Below, one piece after another: positions 49,632-63,609 of a DNA stretch of 64,000 nt. Numbering within the stretch: position 1 is the first letter of the stretch; every line of letters begins with the position of its first letter. This DNA is from Microbotryum violaceum (taxonomy: Eukaryota). The notes under the pieces were generated by a model. The model was not told where the DNA came from, ran no database searches, and saw nothing but the letters and a program-made list of their open reading frames with translations. The stretch lies in contig CDLV01000017.1 of the NCBI GenBank assembly GCA_001244265.2, positions 310,001-374,000 on the forward strand, read 5' to 3'. Made by a program: the position numbers and the translations under genes.

Positions 49632-52600
49632 TCAAAGCTCGTCATGCGCCGTCGTGACCGGTTCGCCCGCGCCATCAACCACGGTCTGTTCTTCGTCAAC
49701 TGCATCGTTTCCTCCTCCCATCATAGCGGCTGCGGCATCAGCAGCTTTCTTGGCCGCGAGTTCGGCCTTGACCTCTGCAGAAAGGGGCGAACAAGGTATC
49801 AGTCACCTCATCGGTCCAGCTCGTCGCCCCCACCTCGATAAAGAAACTCACTAGCCCAATCCTGGAACTCCCCCTTGGGTTCCCCCCCGTCCATCCCAGC
49901 GGTACCCGGCTCCTCAAACTTGACCGGACCATGCTCGACCTCCGGCGCGGGTTTCACCTCCACCTCCACCTTGGCCTCTTGCGCCACTCCAAGCGACCTC
50001 CTCAAGATGGTCTCGATCTGTTTGAAATACACGTTCGGGTCCGGGACCGTGAAGCCTGATTTGACCAAGGCGGTCAACCAAAGCACCTGCAAGCTCTCCT
50101 TCAATCCATCATCTCCACCTTCCGCCTCCTCATTATGCGCCTCGACTTTCGTCAACAAAGCTTCGATCAGCGGATGTTTCGGGTTGATCTCGAACGTTTT
50201 CTTTTGCATCTTCGCAAAGGACGTCATGAAATTTTCACCGGTGCCCTGGTTTTGGGAAGCGATCAAGCGTTCCATGTTGCCGGAATAACCTTGTTTACCT
50301 GCGACGACGAGGCAGGGGGAGGTTGTGAGACGGGTGGAGATGACGACTGTTCAACCACGAAATTAGAACGAGGTAGAGTTAGCTCGTTGAGACTGAAGGG
50401 ACATGGTCTATGTGGGCGCGAGCTCACCCTTCTCAACCGAGTCGGCCAACGTCTTCTCGATGTACTTGGCCAGCGGCTCGAACTGAGTCTTGTACGACTC
50501 TTCCTCCTCCTTAGCGTCCTCGTCCTCATCTGTCGACAATGATCACGCACCCAAAGAAACAACCAGAAAAGACCATCAGTACCACACCAGGACGTTTCCC
50601 TCCGTCCCTCTTTCTTGTTCTGGGATCTGACGCTGACCTTCGTCACCGAATTTGAGGCCTTCTTTCGCGACGTCTTGGAACTTGAGGCCTTCGACCGTAG
50701 GGAGCGTCGAGACGAGCTGTACGGACAAGGTGCTCGTTCCCTTGTAAACAAAGCGGATGGAACGAAGCCCACGGGAAACTGTGACGTACCATCTCATCCA
50801 TAGGGTCGGTCATGTAGAGGACCTCGTAACCCCTAGCCAAGATACGTTCCACGAAAGGCGATTTCGCCAACTGTAATCGACTCATACCCACTCATCAGTT
50901 TCCTCAAAAGGAAAATGCACCTTCACAACACGCAACTCACATCCGAAGTCTTTGCCCCCGCCGCAGCAATGAAGAACAACTGATTCTGGCCCTTCCTCCT
51001 CCTCATGACGACATCATGCAAACTCGTAACGTTGTCCGAGGCGGACGAATGGAATCTCAACAACTTGACCAACCGATCGCGATTCTTGAGGTCCTCGACC
51101 ACACCGACTTTCAGGGCCGTTCCGGCTTTTTCGATCAAGGCGTTGTACTTCTCCGGGTCCTTCTCCGCAAGGGAGGCGAAGGTGTCGAGGATACGTTTGA
51201 TCAGATTGGCTTTGATCTGATGGATCACGCGCGTCTTTTGTAACGAGTCACGACCGACGTTGAGGGGGAGGTCATCGACGTCGATGAAAACCTTGACCCA
51301 GTTGAGGTGACGGGGTAGGTAATCCTTGCCCAAATCGTTGGTGATAAAGACCCGACGCACGAACAACTTGAGCGATTCGAGTAGGACGTAATCCTTGGAA
51401 TAGAAATCGTTCGGCAACGAAGGGGGGATAAAGATGAGCGCTCTGAAAGAAGTCGGTCCGGCATCTCCCTTGAAGTGGGACCAAGCGAGGGGTTCTTCAC
51501 TCGATTTAAAGGCGCCTTTGAAGAATTCCTCGTATTCGGTTTTGGTCACTTCTTTAGGGTCACGCATCCAGAGCGGGGCTCGGTCGTTGATCAACTGCCA
51601 TTCGGTCGTCGTCACTTCTTTGGTCTTGGGTTCCTTGGGCTTGTCGTCGACGTCCTCGACCTTGACTTCGGAATCGTCGTCCGTCTTGGGCTCAGCTTCG
51701 GCCTCTTCTTCGGTATAAGTCGTCGTCGTTTCGGTCCAGAGGTAAATGGGCGAAGCGCCATACTCTGCATGCTTCGAGATCAAGCTCTTGAGCTTCTCGT
51801 GCTCGAGGTACTCCTTCGCATCCTCCTTGAGATGAAGGGTGATTTCCGTTCCTCGACCGAGCGTCGTGCCTCGAGGGTCCTCGGCGATACGGAACCCTTG
51901 CGCATCGGCGTTGCTTTCAAAGACGTATTGCTTGGGCGAGTCGTTGCTCTTGGAAGCGACGGTCACGCGGTCGGCGACCAGGAACGAAGAGTAGAAGCCG
52001 AGTCCGAATCTGAGTTTACACCAAAAATCGTGTGAGGTCGAAGGCTAGCCAAAAAGGAAATAGATGGAAGAGAAGACTGACTGTCCGATCAAGTTGGCCC
52101 CGTCGCCTTTATCGAGTTTGGCCAAGAACTCGGAAGTACCCGATCTCGCGATCGTACCCAAATTCTCCGCCAGTTGTTCCTGCGTCATACCCAAGCCGGA
52201 ATCTGCAAAAGAAGGTTGAACCGACGGATGAGCGATCGCGCGCCCCGCTTGTCAACGTCTTTAAGACTGACCTCGAATAATGATACGTCGGCCCGGGACG
52301 TCGGTGATGACGCTGACGTTCAACTGAGGTGCGGGTTCCAAGATGGCCGGGTCGGTCAAAGACAAAAGGCGGGTCTTTTCCAAGGCGTCGTTGGCGTTGG
52401 ACACTGCGAGTCGAGTCGAGGGAGGAGGTCAGTTTTTCGTCCAGTCGATCAAGTGCAGCCGGTGTGGGTACTTACATAGTTCTCGGACCCAGACGTCCCT
52501 CGATTCATAAACTGTTGGATGCGCGAGGTGGGAAAAGAACACGTGGCGGTCAGTACACCCGTGCTCGAGCCTCTTGACACCGTCCTTCGTCGGACGGAGC

Positions 52601-52891
52601 ATGACGTGGCCAGCAGGACCCGACCGGCTGCAGCGCACACACATCATGGCGCCTTGGCCGAACACCAAGCAGCTACTCACGATTTCCGACCACGATCTTC
52701 ATCAATCTCGCAATATCACTCTGATACTCGTACTTCTTCGCATGGCTGAACGTCTCTTGTTCCTGTTCAGGCGTCAAGAGGGAAGCCGCAGGTGGGGGGG
52801 TATCCTCCGAAGCTGATGATGTGGCAGTTACGCCCAGAGCGAGACGAGTCGATAAAGCCGCGAGGGCCAGGAAGGAGGTGGAGAACCTCAT
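49632..52891 (-). CDS. GRP94: ER-resident Hsp90 (GRP94/endoplasmin)
   Basis: Signal peptide [70 protein letters not shown] and C-terminal HDEL*. Confidence 0.93.
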
Positions 52892-53264
52892 TTTGCCGTG
52901 GGGAGCGGGCCGATGGGTATGTTGGAGAGGGTGTGATGAAGGGGTAGAGATAGAGAGGAACGATGCACGCGAACGGACAAAGAACCAAACCGGACGGCGG
53001 TCGATGGAATCGTCTGGAATCTCGTCCCCGCGCTCAGTCGCGCGCTCGAGCACAAATTGTCGTCGCCGCGCCGGCTCGACCTCGGACGCTCATGACTTGT
53101 TGAATTCCTGATCCTGGTCCGCCTGGATCTTGATAGAGATCGCACTGAAACAGAAAGAAGGTGACTACGAGCTGAACAAACAAAAAGAAGTAAACCAACC
53201 CCAATATAGCACAACATGTGTAGAACCCTGAACTCTGAAGAAACCTCCTCCCGACGTCCCCACG

Positions 53265-54224
53265 TCACTTCCCCGCGCCGGCCTCCCGACCTCCATAAGC
53301 GTCGTCCAACGCCTGCGTCAAATCGTCGACCGATAATCCCATCCCTTCTAAATCAGCGTACAGCTCTTTTAGACTTCGCGCTGTCGTTTTGCCCTCGCTG
53401 GGAGTCTCGTCCGTCGGAGTTGGTTCGTTCTTCGGATTCCTCGGCAAAGACGAAGATCCTTCGACCGGAGGTACATCCTTCTCGAGATCCCACACGTCCG
53501 CCAAAGCATCCTTGACGACCTCATCTATCACCAAACCCTGAGCCTTACCCTCTCCCCCCGCCTTGGTCGAATCCTTTGTCTCTTTCCCCTCCGGATCGGC
53601 CTGGGAATTCCGAGAAGGTAGAACTGCGCCAGTTCCACGCGAGGCCTGGGTGTGGCGCTTGTAATGGCTCGGGTCTTGAACCCGTCGCCGAGGCAAGAGG
53701 GGCGAGTGACGGGTCCTTAGCAACGGTGGCGCTTCTTCAATGGGTTCACGAGAGATGATTCGGATTGCCGAACTAGTGCAGTGAGTGATGGGATACGTGC
53801 GAGGTGTAGCCGATGCGAGATCATGCACGACGAAGTGGACCACGTCAGTCGGTCAGTCTCCCCCGTGATCCCCCTCTCCCGCGTATGCCCAAACTCACAT
53901 CAGCAACCCAACCACCGCCACCACCATCACCACCACCACCACGCCCTTCCCAGTCCTCGACCCAACCCACCTCCGCTTGCGCTTGCCCGTCTCCTCCTCG
54001 CTCGTCTGAATCGGGGGTGCCGACATGCCCGTCACGACGGCCTTCCTTGGTCTCCCCCTCTGTCCTTTCGGCGAGCGCGTGCGCAAACGTCCATTACTCC
54101 CTCCCCCACCTACTAGACTACTAAGATGCTCTCCCCTCGTTGTAGGTCCTTGAATCGTGATGGACGGGATTGGGCGAGTTGAACTGCTGGAGGCGGTTGA
54201 AGAGGAGGATGTGCTCGTGGTCAT
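53265..54224 (-). CDS. Hypothetical single-pass (type II-like) membrane protein
   Basis: ORF 53895-54224 splices (GTGAGT...CTAG) into ORF 53265-53843, completing a transmembrane segment GVVVVVMVVAVVGLLISAIRII after a basic stretch. Confidence 0.55.
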
Positions 54225-55027
54225 TTACGAAAAGGGCTCCGAGTCGCTGTCGAAGGGGGAGGAAGCAGAACTAGCAGAATCAAAGGGAACCCCCCCGAGT
54301 CACGGCGCTGCCGTCGGCTCGGTTCTTCGAGAATCAGGATCCAGAATACATAGTCGAGAATTCGGTCACGATCACCCCCGACCGAGTCGGCCGAGCGCGT
54401 CATGTGTGGCATTTCGAATTTCGACTTAATTTTTCGCTACACCTTCCATATGTTTAAAACCAAGCCATTAACGTGTGCAGAGCTTTCCGTCCATTGAGAG
54501 ACCAAAGAGGTCAAAGAGTCGAACCCTCTCCTCTTGGGGACAGCGTAGTCGTAGGCTAGGCGCCATAAGAATTTCTCGTAGCTGCTGGCTAGCCGACGGC
54601 TTTCGGGTAGGCTCGGATGCTTCAAAGTTTGGCCTTGTACACTGTTCAGATAGGCTCACCTGGCGGTACTCTAACCTTTTCTCTCGTTCCCTTCCCAATC
54701 TTTCGCATCGCTGCCGCACCTCACAATGAACGTCGCCAAACCTATGCACGCTCGCCGAAAGCATCGCGCTCATCGACTTCATCAGGCCTGGCGTTGAGTG
54801 ATGGTCGCTGCTCCAAAAAATGCAAGAGACTGATTGCTTTACACACCAACATGCGAGGCCAAAGGTGCACTGTGACTTCGTAGGATCGGTCAACGGCGAC
54901 GTGGGGAACCCTTGCAGGCTGTTCGAGGTCATCCTCTCCCCGATTCGGCCTCTCGTCTCCCAAGTTATCTGAGGCAAGCTTGTTGGGATCAACGATGATT
55001 CCGAAATGATCAACAAAAGAAGAAGAA

Positions 55028-55099
55028 CGGCTGGACCAGGAGTCGAACCTGGGTCGCTTCCATCAATCGGAAAAGCTTTGACCACTAAGCTATCCGGCC
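55028..55099 (-). tRNA. tRNA-like gene with an aberrant anticodon loop (probable pseudo-tRNA, possibly Cys-derived)
   Basis: GGCCGGA TA GCTT AGTGGTCA AAGC T TTTCC GATTGAT GGAAG CGAC CCAGG TTCGACT CCTGG TCCAGCC G. Full cloverleaf with A and B boxes, one acceptor-stem mismatch, loop lacking U33, and a T-run downstream. Confidence 0.8.
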
Positions 55100-55156
55100 C
55101 CTGATATCAGTGCAAGGTCTACTAACACCTTCAACAAAGCTCAGCGTCGAGTAAAC

Positions 55157-57818
55157 GAGCGCGGCTCGCTTTCACCGAAGCAGGGGCAAGGACTCGTTCG
55201 CCTGCTCTTCAAGCACCACAAGATCGGGGCCGATCGCGCCGAGCTCTCGTCGTACCGGCCCATCACCTTGCGCGAGTGCGACTACAAGCTCTTCACCAAG
55301 GTCTACGTTGCGCGACTCAACCACGTGCTGCCGGACCTGCTCCCACCGCAACAGCACGGCTTCGTCAAGGGCCGCCGATCGGCGGACGCGTCATTCCACC
55401 TGCGACTCTTGATCGAGGAGCTGGGCGCGCGCGGCACCGAGTTCCCTGACGCGGCGCTCTTGTCTCTAGACCAATCGTCGGCTTACGACCTCGTCGAGCA
55501 CGAATGGATCTTCGCCATCTTCGACGCTCTCGGCGCTCCTGCCGCCTTCCAACGCGTTCTGAGGATGCTCTACTCGGGTGACTCGACCACGGCGCGATAT
55601 ATCATCAACGGCTACTTGACTCCGCCGGTGCGGCTGACGTGTGGGCTCGGCCAAGGGGACCCGGCGTCGTCGTCGGTCTGGGATGTCGTGTTCCAGCCGT
55701 TCCTGGATGCTCTGCACCGTCGAGGCATCGCGCTGAACCTCTCGCTTCCTACCATTCACCCCTACCCACAGAGCCGCGCCATTACATCTCTTGCGTTTGC
55801 CGATGACGTCGTCGTCGCCGTCGCGGGCTCGGAGTCACTCACCTTGCTCGACGACCTGGCGCTCGACTGGAGGCTCGCAACCAATGGCCGGCTCAACACC
55901 GACAAGACCGTCGTACTACCCATCGGGTGTCGCTGGAAGGCTGGCGATCGTCCGCTCGTCGTCAAGGCCGAGGGCGAGTCGCTCGAGTGGATCGGCCTAT
56001 CTTTCGACCCCATCAGCAACACCGAACTCGCCAACGTGAATCTCGTCGCACGGCTCGAAGCGGTGCTCGATTCGGCACGGGACCGGGGGCTCACACACCA
56101 CACCCGAGCGTTCTACGTCAACCGATACGCCATTCCCAAGATTCTGCACATCCTCTCCGCCGACATCCCACCGCTCGAGGTCGTCAAGGAGCTTGATCGC
56201 ATTCTCGTCGACTTTGTCCGCGGCGGCAAGAGGAGGTCGTGCTATGGCAAGGACGTCGTCTTCACACCGAGGTTCAAGGGGGGTCATGGGGTCATGCGGA
56301 TGCAGGACGTCGTCGACTCGGTTGCGGCACGCGTCTGGGATGTGCTTCTTGGCGGTTCGGATGCGATCTGGCAGGGACTTGCGCGCGCGGCAATTGTACG
56401 AGCCCATCCCGCCCCCGACTTTGACTTGGCAACTGATGCGTGGCCTTGCGACTACACTCCGATCCGAACCGATCTACACCCAAGATGGCAGGCCGTGCTG
56501 AAGGTACCATCGACGCACAATGCGCAAGTCAAGCCGAGGACGTTGACGCTCGCGAATCTTCTCGCCCTTCCGATCAAGTTGCACACCCTTCACTACCTAC
56601 CGGGAGCACCAGCTGTGTCGCGATCACCCTACGACGCCGATCATGCTGCGTTTGCCATTTACGCCAAGGTAGCGGACCTGTTTCGACGCGAGCTGTACCC
56701 GGGCGGGGCTTTCATCTCTGGACGCCGCCGACGGATGTGGTCGTCAGCAACAGCGAATACGATCAACGGGGCCGCCCACAACGAGAGCACATCGTGGCAT
56801 GGTACCGACATGCGATCAATCGATTGAGGTTCACACCAATAGCTCAACCGGTGGCGGCAGTACGAATCAACGGGCCTCCCCGAGTCCACCCCAGATCCGA
56901 GGTCCGCCCACCACCCCGCTCGAGTCGATCCTGCCCCATCCGATCGACCCGCCGCAGCGCCTTCCGAGACCGGCTCTCCCAGACCAATCAACACAATACA
57001 ACTTGCTCAGCATGGATCGGCCATACACCATCCGTCGCGTCCGCCGAGTCTTGAATGCAAAGGCCTTCACCGACACGATCGGTTTCAGGGACTCGCTGCA
57101 GCCCGACGATCTCAAGGGATTCTGGAAGGGGGTCAACTCGAAGGCATTGACGGCGAGGGAACGCGAGGTGTGGTTCAAGCTCGTCAGGAACTTCACCCCG
57201 ACTCGGAGTCTGCAGTTTCATCAAAAGCACGACGACTCGCCCGCGTGCCTCGTCTGTGGAGCGCCCAAGGACGATCGGGAGCACTACTTCTTCGACTGCG
57301 TTGACTCTGGGAACGTTTGGATCGCGGCAAGGAGCGTGCTCTACGACGCACTGGGGCTCGACACGATCGACAACACGCATTACACGGCTGTTCAACGCAT
57401 GTTCGGACTTCCGAAGCTCAAGGCCAGTCTGCGCGATCAAGAAGGAGCGGGGAGGACGATCGAAATATTCACCGGGCTGGTCTTGGAGATGATCAGCAGC
57501 GGGAGGTGGGGGATGCAGAAGTGGGGGACGAGGATGGAGGGTGCTGGGAGGAGGAGGATCATCTTGGAGGAGAGGTTGAAGCTGAGGGCGGGAGGAGCTT
57601 GGCTCTCTTCTTCTCTCTCTCATTCGTCTCCTGGGGGGAGCAACCGCTTGGCTAGGGCATTTGAATCCGAATCTCGGATTGGTGGACTTGGCTCGTTTCT
57701 CGCACATTTGCGGGCGGTTTGTGTTATCATCGTCGACTTCCATCTAGTTTTTCCGTAGGCCAAAACAGGGGGAACAGGAACTGGGGGCAATATGATGAAC
57801 GTTTTCTACAAAAAAAAA
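55157..57818 (+). mobile_element. L1/Tx1-like non-LTR retrotransposon, copy A (5'-truncated at RT start, frameshifted, poly(A) tail)
   Basis: [41 protein letters not shown], catalytic FADD, C-terminal CLVC...HYFFDC knuckle; A9 at 57810-57818. Confidence 0.93.
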
Positions 57819-57828
57819 CCCGTGCACG

Positions 57829-60800
57829 TTTTTTTTTTTTTTGTAGAACTTGTTCATCATATTGCCCCCAATTCCTGTTCCCCTGATTGGCCTACGGAAA
57901 AACTAGATGGAAGTCGACGATGATAACACAAACCGCCCGCAAGATGCGAGAAACGGGCCGGTGTCCACCAATCCGATACTTGGGATTCAAGTGCCCCAGC
58001 CAAGCGGTTGCTCCCCCCAGGAGACGAATGAGAGAGAGAAGATGAGAGAGAGAGAAAGAGAAAGAGTAATAAAATAATTGACTAACGACAAGAGACCCAC
58101 CCCGCCGTCACTTCCCAACTCGGTCGAGACAAAGACAAGAGAGCGACTGCGCAGCTACCCTGACCCGCGAAGTCCCAAGGCTATGCTCGGTCACAACAAG
58201 ACGCGGTGGAGGCCCCTCAAAACCTCCACCTCAGCAGTCCCTGGCCCCTCAAAGCCGACTTTCTGCCTGTGTCTGCTGATCCCTCCCTTGACTCAGAACC
58301 CCGAAGCCAAAGAGCGCGAGTCACCGTCGAGTCAATCTCAAATCGCGAGCCGGTCCATGAGCAACGAAGGCAGACCTGTAATAGATGAAAGATGAAAGCA
58401 AGATATTTAGTATACAGTGTTTTGTTGGAAGATGAAGCGTGATGGTGTGTGTGTGTGGGGTGTGGTGGGGGGAAATCGAACCCAGCCTCTACTGCCCTCG
58501 CCCGCCCCTTGCTCCTCCCGCCCTCAACTTCATCCTCTCCTCCAGTACCACTCTCCTCCTCTCCACGCTTTCCATCCTCGTCCCGTGCTTCTGCATCCAC
58601 CATCTCCCACTGCTGATCATTTCCAAAACCATCCCCGTGAACATCTCGATCGTCCTGCCCGCCCCTTCCTGTTCGCTGAGCTTGGCCTTAAGCTTGGGGA
58701 GGCCAAAGAGCCGTTGCAGTGTCGTGTACTGGGCGTCCTCAATCGTGTCGCACCCGAGTGCGTCGCAGAGCACGCCCCTTTCCGCGATCCAGACATTCCG
58801 CGAGTCAACGCAGCCGAAAAAGTAGTGGTCGGTGTCGTCCACCGGCGCTTCGCAGACGAGGCACGCGGGAGAAGTGTCGTGATTCTGTTGGTGTTGCAGC
58901 TTGCGCGTCGGGGTGAAGCGGAGAATCAGCTTGAACCAAACTTCCCTCTCCCTCGCCGTCAGTGCCTTCGAGTTGACCGCCTTCCAAAAGCTCCTGAGGT
59001 CGTCCGGCTGCGGTGGTCCCTTGAGCCCGAGCGTGTTGGTAAAGGCCTTCGCGTTCAGGACCCGGCGGATGCGACGGATGGTGTACGGTCGAGCCATGTT
59101 CAGCAGCTTGTACTGGCTCGCCTGCTGTGGAAGCACCGGGTCCGGAAGGCGCTGCTCCATTGCGAAGCGGGCCACGGGCTTGGGGAGAATCGCCTCGAGT
59201 GGTGCGCTGGTGCCGATCCGGGGAGGCACGTTGAGCCGTCCTGCCGCCACCGCCACCGCCAAGGGCGTGTTCTTGTGTCGATCGACAGTGAACCGGTACC
59301 AGGCCGCGATTGCCAGTCGCTGCGGGAGCCCGCGTCGATCGTACTCGCTGTTGTCGCCGAGCACATCCGCCGGCGGCGTCCAAAGGTGAAACCCCCCACC
59401 CGCATACAACTCGCGCCGGTAAAGATCCGCCACCTTCGGGTAGCCCTGGAGACGAAGTTAGTCAGGTATATGAACCGCGTCGATGGTCTGTCTCCCTCTG
59501 ATGGGGGTGTGGAGGCTGCCGAGCAAGGTGGGAAGCGCGAGCAGGTTCGCGGTGGTCAAGGTCCTCGGGTTGACCTGTGCGTCTTGCTGTTTCGGAACCC
59601 CCAATGCTGCTCGCCATCGGGGATGGAGGTCGCTGGGGATGGGAGTGGATGGATGTGGCCAGAGATCGGTGGCCAGGTCGAGGTCGGACTGAGCTCGCTG
59701 GAGTGCCGCGCGCGCAAGTCCTTGCCAGATCGCGCCCGAGCCGCCGAGAAGAACGTCCCAGATCCGTGCCGCAACCGCGTCCACGACGTCCTGCATCCTG
59801 ATCACCCCGAGTCCCCCTTGAGCTTGGCTGTGAACACGATATCTCTGCCGTAGCTGGTCCTGCCCTTGCCCCCACGGACGAAATCGACGAGCATGTCATC
59901 GAGCTTCTTGACGACTTCGGGCGGCGGGATGTCGGCTGCAAGGAAGTGCAGGATCTTGGGGATGGCGTACCCATTGACGTAAAAGGCACGGGTGTGGTGT
60001 GTGAGCCAGCGATGCTGAACCCCTTCCAGCGTCGCCTCGAGGCGTTCGATGAGATTCGCGTAGGCGAGTTCGGTGTCGCCGCTCGGGTCGAAGGGGAGGC
60101 CGATCCACTCGAGCGACTCGGGTCCCAGCGGCGTCCGATCGGTAGGACGACCGTCTTGTCCGTGTTGAGCCGGCCATTCGTTGCATGCCTCCAGTCGAGC
60201 GCCAGATCGTCGAGCAAGGTGAGTGACTCCGAGCCCGCGACGGCGACGACGACGTCATCGGCAAACGCAAGAGATGTAATGGCGCGGCTCTGTGGGTAGG
60301 GGTGAATGGTAGGAAGCGAGAGGTTCAGCGCGATGCCTCGACGGTGCAGAGCATCCAGGAACGGCTGGAACACGACATCCCAGACCGACGACGACGCCGG
60401 GTCCCCTTGGCCGAGCCCACACGTCAGCCGCACCGGCGGAGTCAAGTAGCCGTTGATGATATATCGCGCCGTGGTCGAGTCACCCGAGTAGAGCATCCTC
60501 AGAACGCGTTGGAAGGCGGCAGGAGCGCCGAGAGCGTCGAAGATGGCGAAGATCCATTCGTGCTCGACGAGGTCGTAAGCCGACGATTGGTCTAGAGACA
60601 AGAGCGCCGCGTCAGGGAACTCGGTGCCGCGCGCGCCCAGCTCCTCGATCAGGAGACGAAGGTGTAGTGCAGCGTCAGCCGATCGGCGGTCCTTGACGAA
60701 ACCGTGCTGCTGCGGCGGGAGGAGATCGGGTAGAATCTGGTTCAAACGGGCGACATAGACCTTGGTAAAGATCTTGTAATCGCACTCGCGCAGGGTGATC

Positions 60801-60998
60801 GGCCGGTACGACGAAAGTTCGGCGCGATCGGCATTCTTCTTGTGTCGCTTGAAGATGAGGCGCACGAGTCCTTGGCCCTGCTTGGGAGAGAGTGAGCCTC
60901 GCTCTATCATCGCGTTGTAGGCCTTGGTCAGCACCTTGGCCCACGCCTTGGGTGCGGTCTGGTAGAGTTCGTAGGGCACGCCGACGGTCCCGGCGATC
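57829..60998 (-). mobile_element. L1/Tx1-like non-LTR retrotransposon, copy B (same family as A, 5'-truncated, frameshifted)
   Basis: Same RT motifs and CLVC...HYFFGC knuckle; ~650-nt 3' UTR; T14 at 57829-57842; deletion and frameshift near 60120. Confidence 0.93.
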
Positions 60999-61006
60999 GT
61001 AGGTGG

Positions 61007-61325
61007 TGTCTTTGTCTCGACCGAGTTGGGAAGTGACGGCGGGGTGGGTCTCTTGTCGTTAGTCAATTATTTTATTACTCTTTCTCTTTCTCTCTCTCTC
61101 TTCTTCTCTCTCTCATCTTTTCTCTCTCATTCGTCTCCTGGGGGGAGCAACCGCTTGGCTGGGGCACTTGAATCCCAAGTATCGGATTGGTGTACACCGG
61201 CCCGTTTCTCGCATCTTGCGGGCGGTTTGTGTTATCATCGTCGACTTCCATCTAGTTTTTCCGTAGGCCAATCAGGGGAACAGGAATTGGGGGCAATATG
61301 ATGAACAAGTTCTACAAAAAAAAAA
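61007..61325 (+). mobile_element. Severely truncated 3'-UTR-only copy D of the A/B family with poly(A)
   Basis: Reverse complement of 57829-58137 apart from a substitution and CT-microsatellite differences; A10 at 61316-61325. Confidence 0.9.
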
Positions 61326-61333
61326 GGGGCACT

Positions 61334-63609
<2,276 letters not shown>

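Noticed and set aside
54430-55020. ORF 54468-55085 and neighbours
   Set aside because: Starts inside the tRNA-like gene and shows no recognisable domain or coding-like composition.
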